From: Candidatus Electrothrix yaqonensis
GTDB taxonomy: Bacteria; Desulfobacterota; Desulfobulbia; Desulfobulbales; Desulfobulbaceae
Length of the DNA: 32,000 bases
Direction of reading: 5' to 3'
Assembly (NCBI GenBank): GCA_047651235.1
Contig: CP178758.1
Coordinates: forward strand, 480,001 to 512,000
Positions 18,468 to 26,457 of this stretch are shown one piece after another. The position numbers were made by a program, and so were the translations under genes. The number at the start of each line of letters is the position of its first letter. Within the stretch, counting starts at the first letter, position 1. The notes below the pieces were generated by a model. That model was not told the origin of the DNA, searched no databases, and saw nothing but the letters and a program-made list of their open reading frames with translations.

Positions 18468-19229
18468 ATGAAAAAGACCATCAAGGCCTTTAGAGTCGGC
18501 CATGAAGTTATCTGGAAGCACGGGCAGTGGCGAAAACTCCTCCTGCCCATCTGCATCTCCGTCCTGCTGGTTCCCCTTTCCATAGCGGGCTTCTTTACCC
18601 TGGGCTGGGAACTGTCTGACTATCTGCAGCACCTTTTCTTCCCGGATCAGACTTGGACCGGCCTGATCGGCTTTGCGGTCTGGATCGCCCTGAGCATCCT
18701 GGTAGCTGGCCCTCTCTACATCGTCTTCCGCAGTATTGTGCTGCTGGTGTTCATCCCCTTTCTTGATCTCGTGTCTGAACAGACAGAATGCATTATGACC
18801 GGGCAACCTGCGCCTGCCGGGCGGAGCATCCTCTCCTCCATCCACCGTCTGCTTCTGATGCTCCTGCTCACAATCGCAGCTTCCGTGCTGGTGGTGATTG
18901 CCGGATTTTCCCTGTCAGCCATTCCGGTTGCGGGCGCACTCCTTTCCGGGGCTGTGGTCTTTTTTTTCCAGATGTTCCTGAGCAGTGCAGCCTACATCGA
19001 TCCCTACCTAGACCGTCGCGGCATGGACCCGAAGCAGAGCTTTTCCCTGCTCTGGAGCAAAAAAGGCGAGGTGTTCTTTTTCGGCGCAGCCGGACTGCTC
19101 CTCACCATGATCCCGGTTATCGGCTGGTTTGTCGGGCCAACCTATTCCGTGATCAGCGGTGTTGCCCTTGGAGTTCTGCTGTTTGAAGAGAACCCGGCCG
19201 GGAGCCTGACAGAACAAGCGATATCCTGA
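18468..19229 (+). CDS. EI24/CysZ-family integral membrane protein
   Basis: It has 4-5 predicted TM segments. The layout resembles CysZ: an N-terminal FRVGHEVIWKHGQWRKLLLPICISVLL, a central PFLDLVSEQTECIMTG loop, and AAYIDPYLDRRGM. Start taken at ATG 18468 (MKKTIKAF). Confidence 0.6.
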   Translation: MKKTIKAFRVGHEVIWKHGQWRKLLLPICISVLLVPLSIAGFFTLGWELSDYLQHLFFPDQTWTGLIGFAVWIALSILVAGPLYIVFRSIVLLVFIPFLDLVSEQTECIMTGQPAPAGRSILSSIHRLLLMLLLTIAASVLVVIAGFSLSAIPVAGALLSGAVVFFFQMFLSSAAYIDPYLDRRGMDPKQSFSLLWSKKGEVFFFGAAGLLLTMIPVIGWFVGPTYSVISGVALGVLLFEENPAGSLTEQAIS

Positions 19230-19431
19230 TCTGCTCTGATGTCTATGAAGGAAGAGCACATTGAACGTATTGATAAGGTGTCATGTGCTCTATAGGCTTA
19301 ATAATCCGGCGATGTCAGCTACTGTTTGACTTGAACCGGAATCCGGTGCAGCCTTTATCTTGGCTTGGATTGAAGAACCGGGCGGCAGCGGAGCAACAGA
19401 AAAATAAACTTTCTGAAAAAGGAGCAAGCCT

Positions 19432-20454
19432 ATGCCAATTATGGAAAATTCCTCGCGTCCTCCCGAACATCTGCGGAAAATTCTTGCCTTAGCCGGTGTC
19501 TCGTTTAACGGCAATCAGCCCTGGGACATTACCGTACATGACCCGGTGGTATACCGGCGTATCCTCGCACAGGGTTCTCTCGGTTTCGGGGAGGCGTACA
19601 TGGACGGTCTCTGGGACTGTCCGGCCCTTGATCAATTGTTCGACCGTCTGCTCAGTATCGAATCAGATATTGAAAAAAAGCTGTCAAACCGTGTCCGTTT
19701 CCGCATTGCTCTGAGTGCGCTTTATAACTGGTTACGGAATCTGCAGAGCCGCAGGCGGGCTTTTCAGATTGCTGAACAGCATTATGATCCGGGCCAGGAT
19801 GTCTTCGCAGCCACCCTTGATCCGACCATGAATTATACCTGCGGCTACTGGGAAAAGGCGGAGACCTTGGAGCAGGCTCAGATCGATAAGATGGATATGA
19901 TCTGCCGGAAGCTGGAACTGCGAAAGGGGGAGATCAGGCTGACAGATTATCGGGAGCTGACCGGAACCTTCGACAAAATTGCGGTCGTCGGTATGTTTGA
20001 ACATGTCGGACCGAAAAACTACCGTACTTTTTTTACAAAGGTGGAGGAACTGCTCAGTCGGCAGGGGCTTTTTCTCCTGCATACCGGCTACTATAAAACA
20101 AGTGCGACGTCTGACCCGTGGATCACCAAGTACATCTTTCCTAACGGGAAACTTCCCTCTGCCGCGCATATTACCCGGGCAATGGAAGAAATATTTCTCA
20201 TTGAAGACTGGCATAACTTCGGTCGGCATTACGATTCTACCCTGATGGCCTGGGCAGAACGCTTTGACAGGAACTGGGACAGCCTGAAGCATCGGTATAA
20301 TGAACGTTTCTACCGGATGTGGAAGTATTACCTGCTGTGCTGCGCCGGGATGTTTCGTTCAGGACGGGGCCAGCTCTGGCAGATAGTGTTCAGCAAGCGG
20401 TCAGGAAAACAGAACTACCGCTCGATTCGGGGATTCAGCAGGCAAGCAACATAA
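19432..20454 (+). CDS. cfa: cyclopropane-fatty-acyl-phospholipid synthase (CMAS) family protein lacking the SAM-binding motif I region
   Basis: Collinear with E. coli Cfa as remembered (GSLGFGEAYMDGLWDC, EQHYDPGQDVF, VGMFEHVGPKNY, PWITKYIFPNGKLPS, EDWHNFGRHYDSTLMAW, YYLLCCAGMFRSGRGQLWQIVF). However, ...LELRKGE-IRLTDYREL skips the VLDIGCGWG...GVT.S segment. Confidence 0.8.
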   Translation: MPIMENSSRPPEHLRKILALAGVSFNGNQPWDITVHDPVVYRRILAQGSLGFGEAYMDGLWDCPALDQLFDRLLSIESDIEKKLSNRVRFRIALSALYNWLRNLQSRRRAFQIAEQHYDPGQDVFAATLDPTMNYTCGYWEKAETLEQAQIDKMDMICRKLELRKGEIRLTDYRELTGTFDKIAVVGMFEHVGPKNYRTFFTKVEELLSRQGLFLLHTGYYKTSATSDPWITKYIFPNGKLPSAAHITRAMEEIFLIEDWHNFGRHYDSTLMAWAERFDRNWDSLKHRYNERFYRMWKYYLLCCAGMFRSGRGQLWQIVFSKRSGKQNYRSIRGFSRQAT

Positions 20455-20582
20455 TGAAAAAAATTCTTGCAGCCTTTGCTGGCAATACGGTTTTTGCCAA
20501 CATCGTTCTGCCCCAATTTTCCGTTGATAAGATCTCCGTCTCTGTTGCCTATCCCGGTGCTGATCCGGAGGAGGAGGAATAG
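20454..20582 (+). pseudogene. N-terminal remnant of an RND efflux permease (AcrB/CzcA superfamily)
   Basis: MKKILAAFAGNTVFANIVLPQFSVDKISVSVAYPGADPEEEE then stop. This matches the RND permease start (M..I..FA.N.V.AN..., then P.FS.D.I.V.V.YPGA.PEEVE) with TM1 internally deleted and everything after about residue 42 missing. The ATG overlaps the cfa stop (TAATG). Confidence 0.55.
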
Positions 20583-20935
20583 ACCTCCTGAAAAACTCAG
20601 TTTTTTATTCTTGATAAATACGCTGTATCAGTAAGTTGCGAGACGAATTTTTTAGATTTACAGGAAATCTAATGAGTTCAGATCACGTGCTGTACAGCAC
20701 AGGATACTTAGACAGGATTAGAGCACAAGTCAAAGGCTTTTCATACTATCCTGCCTGCCCGGAAAGGAAATGCCTCCGGCCAGCTCAAGGAATACTGTCA
20801 TAATGAACAGCAGAAGCATAGGGTATGCTGTATGCAGGGGCCGTTCAATATAGACGTACCAAGTTATAAAGTACAGAGTAAGAACGGAGGTGACAGCCAG
20901 AAGTCCTGTCAGAGCAGCTCCGCTTACCACAGTAA

Positions 20936-20980
20936 AAACTAAACGACTCACCGACTTTCAGTCGGTGAGTCGTTTAGTTT
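20936..20980. terminator. perfect 20-bp inverted repeat, likely (bidirectional) terminator downstream of the DUF169 gene
   Basis: AAACTAAACGACTCACCGAC-TTTCA-GTCGGTGAGTCGTTTAGTTT. On the minus strand it is followed by TTTTAC, on the plus strand by CTGAC. It lies 83 nt past the DUF169 stop. Confidence 0.55.
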
Positions 20981-21062
20981 CTGACGGTTCATCTGGCGAT
21001 GATACTCCGGGTCAGCCTTCAGCCGGTCACGGCGGCTGGTCAGCAGTTTAATAATTTGCAAA

Positions 21063-21887
21063 CTATGGAAACAGTTTATACGGAAAGCCGTTCTGAGACT
21101 CATCTATTCCCTCGGCCATAATCTTAAAATCATGATACGGCATTCCCAAAGCCAGACGGTCTTCTTCCCATCCTCCGAGAGCCCTGGCTCCCAAACAGAA
21201 AAAGGAAGCATTCATCTTCTGTTCAAGAAACGGGTAGGCGGTCACATCAGCGCAGACTCCACGGATGCCGATCGTGTTGAATTCAACCCGTTCTCCGTTC
21301 ATAAAGGCATAGCCCTGAACCATCCGCATTGCCTGCTTGGGAGTAACCCCCATTACAACCACGTCAGGTTCATAGTCGGTGCAGCTGGACGGAAAAGCCG
21401 CCACTGCGTCCATCGCTTCTTTGCCTATCCCCGTCATTCCGGAAACCGCTTTCAATGAAGCACCCAAGGTTTTATAGCGTCCGCAGTCTTCCTGGCCGAA
21501 CAGAGCAAACTCCATATGTCCGCTTGCCCTGCATGCATAAACATATCCGTCGGTAAAATCTTTGGGGCTGGCGGCGTCTTTCATCAGGGAAGTATATTTA
21601 CGACTTCCCTCCAACGGCTCAGGATCATCTGGATCAACAAGTCCTAAAGCTATTGCCGCAGCAGGACACCCTATATTTTTTTTCGTAATAACAATAAAAT
21701 CTCCGTCAGATGCCAGTTTTACTGCACCGCACCAAGGAGTACTGATGTCCTCTGCATTGCTGTCTTTCTCCTTCGGAATATCAGAACCCTTAGGAAAGAA
21801 TTTAACCCCTACCGCTTTTATTGCCGGTTTTTCCGTTCCGTTTTTCAACGAAAAAATAACTTTGTTTTCCAAATCCTGAAAGCTCAT
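21063..21887 (-). CDS. DUF169 (COG2043) family protein
   Basis: 274 aa starting MSFQDLENK, with AAAGGAGAAAAT upstream. Conserved-looking Cys/Gly blocks (NIGCPAAAIALGL, SFFCLGARALGGWEEDRLALGMPYHDF) resemble DUF169. The family call is from memory only. Confidence 0.5.
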   Translation of the reverse strand: MSFQDLENKVIFSLKNGTEKPAIKAVGVKFFPKGSDIPKEKDSNAEDISTPWCGAVKLASDGDFIVITKKNIGCPAAAIALGLVDPDDPEPLEGSRKYTSLMKDAASPKDFTDGYVYACRASGHMEFALFGQEDCGRYKTLGASLKAVSGMTGIGKEAMDAVAAFPSSCTDYEPDVVVMGVTPKQAMRMVQGYAFMNGERVEFNTIGIRGVCADVTAYPFLEQKMNASFFCLGARALGGWEEDRLALGMPYHDFKIMAEGIDESQNGFPYKLFP

Positions 21888-22059
21888 ATTTTCTCCTTTT
21901 CTTCCTGAGAAGCAGCTAAAAATCCATACGCTCGATTTTTGGATTCTCAAAGTTTCTTCTCAGCAGATAATGACTGAATACGTAATTCCTGTTACCGTTT
22001 TTTCTGCCTCTGTTATTTTTCCCGCATTACCTCCTTTTTGATTCAAGTTACCAGGTAAC

Positions 22060-24834
22060 TCAGACCTTCTGAATCCTGCTCTTGATATATTTCAGCGGCG
22101 GGGTGCCGGACCATGTACAGGCCAGGGCAGGCGGCAGCAGAACATTGGTGTTGAAGCCGCCGCATTGCGGATACTTCGGATCACCTTCTATCCCGTATTT
22201 GCTGCCGAACCCGCCAGCTGCAGCCAGCACACCCTGCCGGATATCCCAAGTTACCTTGGCGACAGCCGTGACTTCTCCCCAAGGCGAGGCAACCAGTACT
22301 TCGTCAGCGTCAGCGATACCGAGCTGCCGGGCATCCTGATAGTTAATCCAGACCGGATTGCTGCCGCATTGCTTCATCAGGGCAGAATTCCAAGCAGTCG
22401 AGGTGTGTTCGTGCTCAAGCACCCGGAAATAGCCGCTGATCATGGGAAAGTCTTCATCCGGCTGCAAATCGGGCCAGTCCGCATAGGGCGGAATATAGTC
22501 GGGCAGGGCATTCAGCCCGGCCTTTTCCGCTGCCGGGTTGCTGAAATTATATTTTCCGGTCACGCTGTTGCCAGAAGAACCGTATCCAGCAGGCGGATTC
22601 ATTGAACCCCATTTTGTGTATTTATAAAACTCCTGGGGATCTGTAATATGATAGCCGGTCTTCCGCAGCTCCTCCAAAGTAACCGGCTGGTTGCGGAGCT
22701 GGTTTTCCATGTACTCGTCCTCACTCTGCCAGGGAAAATATTCACCGTAGCCGAGGCGTTGTGCCAATCCGGTAAAGATGGCAACCACGGAACGAGAATC
22801 ATACATAGGCGCAATGGCCTTTTGTCCCAGCGAGATAAAGGACTCATACATCCAGTCCGCTGTTACCCGGCTCTGCTCCAGATAGGTGCAGTCCGGCAGG
22901 ATCACGTCGCAGAGTTCCGTGGTGTTGCTCATGTAGCAGTCAATGGCGCAGGAAAACTCTAACTGCTCCACAGCCCGGCGGACTGACGGTTCGGAGCTGT
23001 CCGACATGACCGGGTTGCCGAAATAGCAGAGCATGGCCTTGAGCCGTCCGGCCAGGACATCCTCTTCAAAATGGGCCGGAATCCAGCCGCTCCAGAGCTT
23101 GGCTTTATTGAGTTTGAATTTCTCCGCATTATTGGGCGGCTTGGGCTGGTCATCAACCCAGGGCGAAGCCAGCTTGCGTTTGCTGATCAGCGCAGGGCCG
23201 CCGGGCGCATCAAAGCAGGCCATAAGGGCGTTCAGGGCCTGGATCGCCTGGGTAGCATGGACGGCATTGGGCACCTGGGCAACCCCGGTCCAGGACATCA
23301 CCCCGGCAGCAGGAGCGGCAGCGGCAAACTCACGGGCCAGCCGTTCAATGGTCGCGGCAGGTACCCCGCAGATGGCCTCGGCCCATTGCGGCGTCCGGGC
23401 GGCTCCGTCCTCTTCGCCCAGCAGCCGTTTTTTGAACTCGGCAAAACCGTAGCACCACTCCGTAACAAAATTCGTGTCGTACAGATTTTCGTTCACCAGC
23501 ACATAGGTCATCGCCAGGGCCATTGCCCCGTCCGTGCCGGGCAGGATCGGCACCCATTCCGTGGCCAGACCGGCAGTTTCGCAGCGCCGGGGATCAACCA
23601 CCACCAGCTTGGCACCTTTTTTGACGGCCTGTTTAAGCAGCCCGACCTTGCGCTGTCCGGCAGAGGTGGCCAGTTCGTTCATGCCGAAGAGAAGGATGAA
23701 CTCGGAACGGGCATAATCAATCCAGGGTCGCTTTTCGCTGAAACAGTGCTCGTTGGCCATCCGGTTGGCATTATCGCACATCTGGCGGTGGGTGCCCTTG
23801 TTCGGGGTGCCGTAGGCCGCCATCACCGCTTCATGGCACCAGCTGTTGAAGTCATTGCCCCGGTGAAATGCTACGGTTTTGGGATCAAAGCTCTGTAGCT
23901 TGGTCGCGGTCAGATCAAGGGCCTCGTCCCAGGACGCCTTTCTGAAACGGCCGTTTTCCCGGATCAGCGGCGTTTTCAGGCGATAGGCGGAATAGGTGTT
24001 TTTATGGGCATTGGCCCCCTTGATGCAGAGCCGCCCGCCGCCTTTGGGGTCACCGGCCAACCCTTTGCAGCCTGTGATGATCCCGTCGCGGACTGTGACT
24101 TCCTGGCCGCAGAGTCCCAGACAGATATAGCAGTGGGTTTTAACCCTCCTGTCCGCCTCCGGTTCAACCGCGCCGTGGGTCAGGGTGACAGGTTTCCGGT
24201 CAAGTTCAAGCAGGGCAACAGCCTGAGCCAGCTGTTCGATCTCCGCCTCCTCAACGGTTCCCGCAAGTACGGCTTTGGTCAGCTCGGCCAGTCCCTGATA
24301 GAAATCAGTCTGCGCAGCTGTGCTGAGCACGTCGCAGAAAGTTGCTGCCCAACTCAGATGCTTGCTAAAAAAATCTGTCTGCTGCTCCTCTGTCTCTTCC
24401 CGTCCGGCCAGATACGCCAGAAACTCCAGTTCCACCGCAATATGGTCGTCCAGATCAGGCCAGGCCGGATTTTTATGTACCCCGGCAGCAGCATATGCCT
24501 CCCGCACTGCAAATAGCGGTTGCTGCATGACCAGCGGTTCGCCGGTGACATGGCAGGAGGCATAGGGGAAGACCGGATTTTTCCCTGCATTGAGAAAAAG
24601 ATCAGCATATTCATAGCGCAGTTCGTTATAGACTTCTGCCGCTGAACCTGTCTGCAGGCCTCTGCTCATTTTGGTGCAGCCGGAGGATAAATCTTCCGTC
24701 GGAGCGTTTTCTCCCAAGCTGGTGAGATGCTCAAGGAAGGAAGGGGTCCGCATCTGTTCAATAAATGCCTGCGGAATTTCATCCCGATAGAAGAAAGAAA
24801 GAAAATTGTATATTATTGCTCGTGCATTACTCAT
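22060..24834 (-). CDS. Mo/W-bis-PGD (DMSO reductase superfamily, Psr/Phs-like) oxidoreductase catalytic subunit with fused N-terminal TorD/DmsD-like chaperone domain
   Basis: Residues 1 to about 195 carry TorD-family motifs (YEYADLFLNAG, NPVFPYASCH, PDLDDHIAVELEFLAYLAG). Residues 235-270 are CYICLGLCG...(27)...CIKG, a CX2CX3CX27C 4Fe-4S motif. Then come the molybdopterin domains (THRQMCDNANRMA candidate Cys ligand; VVDPRRCETA) and a C-terminal molydop-binding barrel (VWINYQDARQLGIADADEVLVASPWGEV). There is no twin-arginine signal. Confidence 0.85.
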   Translation of the reverse strand: MSNARAIIYNFLSFFYRDEIPQAFIEQMRTPSFLEHLTSLGENAPTEDLSSGCTKMSRGLQTGSAAEVYNELRYEYADLFLNAGKNPVFPYASCHVTGEPLVMQQPLFAVREAYAAAGVHKNPAWPDLDDHIAVELEFLAYLAGREETEEQQTDFFSKHLSWAATFCDVLSTAAQTDFYQGLAELTKAVLAGTVEEAEIEQLAQAVALLELDRKPVTLTHGAVEPEADRRVKTHCYICLGLCGQEVTVRDGIITGCKGLAGDPKGGGRLCIKGANAHKNTYSAYRLKTPLIRENGRFRKASWDEALDLTATKLQSFDPKTVAFHRGNDFNSWCHEAVMAAYGTPNKGTHRQMCDNANRMANEHCFSEKRPWIDYARSEFILLFGMNELATSAGQRKVGLLKQAVKKGAKLVVVDPRRCETAGLATEWVPILPGTDGAMALAMTYVLVNENLYDTNFVTEWCYGFAEFKKRLLGEEDGAARTPQWAEAICGVPAATIERLAREFAAAAPAAGVMSWTGVAQVPNAVHATQAIQALNALMACFDAPGGPALISKRKLASPWVDDQPKPPNNAEKFKLNKAKLWSGWIPAHFEEDVLAGRLKAMLCYFGNPVMSDSSEPSVRRAVEQLEFSCAIDCYMSNTTELCDVILPDCTYLEQSRVTADWMYESFISLGQKAIAPMYDSRSVVAIFTGLAQRLGYGEYFPWQSEDEYMENQLRNQPVTLEELRKTGYHITDPQEFYKYTKWGSMNPPAGYGSSGNSVTGKYNFSNPAAEKAGLNALPDYIPPYADWPDLQPDEDFPMISGYFRVLEHEHTSTAWNSALMKQCGSNPVWINYQDARQLGIADADEVLVASPWGEVTAVAKVTWDIRQGVLAAAGGFGSKYGIEGDPKYPQCGGFNTNVLLPPALACTWSGTPPLKYIKSRIQKV

Positions 24835-25108
24835 TATGCTGTCCTGTATCGTGTTTATTCTCCGGATCTATGAACAGAGAGATAAGAAGATGCCCTTTGT
24901 TATCTTTGATTATCATTTTTAAAAAATTTAAAAAATCAGTATCATACAAAAAAAATCATAGTATATTACGCTCGGCAGTTCATTGTCAACTGATTTTCTG
25001 TAAGGAAAACGGGATGAGCGGCCTGCAGGCCATTGCAGAGCATTCCGGCAGGAGAAATCCGGCGGATGCTCCTGAACATGTTTTTTATTCAATATTATGG
25101 AGGAAATC

Positions 25109-26293
25109 ATGGAGAACAGAACTTGGAGCAGATGGTGTCTTCTGCTTCTGACAGCAATCATGCTGCTGAACAGCCCTCCCCTGCTCATGAGCCAGCCGAC
25201 ACAGGCCCCTGCTGCAGAGCTGGATTTGCCCGGCAAGCTGGGTGAGGTTGTTGCCAAGACGCCAAGGGGAACAGAACCCGGGCATATCAATATGGAGGCG
25301 GAAAAAGGTTTTGCCGGAATCCCCGGTGCACCGAAGATCAACTATGTTGCCGCCTTTTTCTGGGCGATCTGGGTGGGCTGGATTTTCACTACAGTCGGGG
25401 CCTTCGGCGGGATAATGGCCGGGGTAGGGCATTTGACGATTTTCGGTATTGGTGCTTATGCTGTCACGTTTAAGGGAACCAACCCTGAGCTGAACAAGCT
25501 GCTCACCGACACCATCCGGACCTCCAACCAGTTCCTGGTCGGGCTGGCTGCCCTGATCTCCACCTACAGTTTTTTCCGGATGAAGCGGCTGGTGGTGCCC
25601 TTAGGGCTGGCAATGGGCCTCGGCAGTGTGGCCGGCGGCCTGCTCATTCCCTGGCTGACTGCCGGAAAAATTCAGCTCAGTCAGTATATCGGCTGGTTCG
25701 GTGTCGCTGTCCTGGTGATCGGCGGGTTTCTCTTCTACGGGACCACGGAACGCAGCCGGGCCTCAAAAAGCAAGGCCAATGAGGCTGCAAAGAATTTCCA
25801 GAAGGCAATGAAGGAAGGTGCCTCGGACACCCAGGGGGTGACGGTCTCATCGTTCGGCCTAACCAAGACTGCTTTCTCCTTTTATGGCACAGAATTCACC
25901 TTTAACCCGCTCCTTGCGGTGCTCGGCGGCGTGGTCATCGCCTCCATAGCCTCGTTTCTGGGGATCGGCGGCGGATTTCTCTATGTTCCTTTCCTGACCA
26001 GCATCATCGGCCTGCCCATGTACATTGTTGCAGGCACCTCGGCTCTGGCTGTGCTGCTGAGTATGGTGAGCAGTATTTTTTCCTTTGTGGTTGTCGGAGG
26101 AACCTATATCAGCTGGGAGCTGGTGGGCATTGAAATGGCCGGAGTTGCTGTGGGCGCGTTCATCGGGCCGAAAACCCAGAAGTACATCCCGGAAAAATGG
26201 CTGAAATGGCTCTTTATCGTGCTGGCCGTGTATGTGGGACTCCGGTATTTCAGCAAGGGCTTCTTCGGCCAGAGCTGGCTGCCGCCGTTCTGA
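25109..26293 (+). CDS. TSUP / TauE-SafE family anion (sulfite/sulfonate-type) permease
   Basis: Two TauE-like halves (FGGIMAGVGHLTIFGI...; LGIGGGFLYVPFLTSIIGLPMYIVAGTSALAVLL). There is an N-terminal signal/anchor plus an extension of about 60 aa. GGAGGAAATC lies upstream of ATG 25109; an alternative ATG is at 25097. Confidence 0.8.
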   Translation: MENRTWSRWCLLLLTAIMLLNSPPLLMSQPTQAPAAELDLPGKLGEVVAKTPRGTEPGHINMEAEKGFAGIPGAPKINYVAAFFWAIWVGWIFTTVGAFGGIMAGVGHLTIFGIGAYAVTFKGTNPELNKLLTDTIRTSNQFLVGLAALISTYSFFRMKRLVVPLGLAMGLGSVAGGLLIPWLTAGKIQLSQYIGWFGVAVLVIGGFLFYGTTERSRASKSKANEAAKNFQKAMKEGASDTQGVTVSSFGLTKTAFSFYGTEFTFNPLLAVLGGVVIASIASFLGIGGGFLYVPFLTSIIGLPMYIVAGTSALAVLLSMVSSIFSFVVVGGTYISWELVGIEMAGVAVGAFIGPKTQKYIPEKWLKWLFIVLAVYVGLRYFSKGFFGQSWLPPF

Positions 26294-26341
26294 GCCTGCC
26301 TTTAGTGCTCAGGACAGGACATGCAGGCATGCTCCCTCAAA

Positions 26342-26416
26342 CCTACCCTAACAGGAAGGACGAACCTATTAGGGTAGGAAGGTGAAACCTATTACCCTAC
26401 GTAAGTCTTACGTAGG
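26342..26416. repeat. nested inverted/direct repeats between convergent genes
   Basis: CCTACCCTAA (26342-51) pairs with TTAGGGTAGG (26369-78). AACCTATTA occurs twice (26363-71, 26386-94). There is a near-perfect palindrome CCTACGTAAG-T-CTTACGTAGG (26396-26416). The TACCCTA core occurs three times. Confidence 0.6.
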
Positions 26417-26457
26417 AGGCATGCCTTGTCGAGCCTGTTCTCATAGGAGGGGAAAAT

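Noticed and set aside
18398-19229. The idea that the EI24/CysZ-like membrane protein is the effector partner of the STAND ATPase (a two-gene defence system).
   Set aside because: A strong intrinsic terminator (18398-18427) separates the genes, and the membrane protein resembles a housekeeping CysZ-type transporter. Adjacency alone is insufficient.
20478-20496. A sigma-54-like motif TGGCAATACGGTTTTTGC inside the permease remnant, and GGCAGTTTCGTGTTGC near 8302.
   Set aside because: The GG-to-GC spacing is 2-3 nt too long compared with TGGCAC-N5-TTGC, and no suitable downstream gene is present.
20730-20951. A 73-aa hydrophobic ORF (two TM-like segments) on the minus strand.
   Set aside because: It starts at a GTG buried in the right arm of the 20-bp hairpin and has no SD. 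It lies downstream of a probable terminator in decayed DNA. It may be a fragment of a lost membrane-protein gene and is not supported as a gene.
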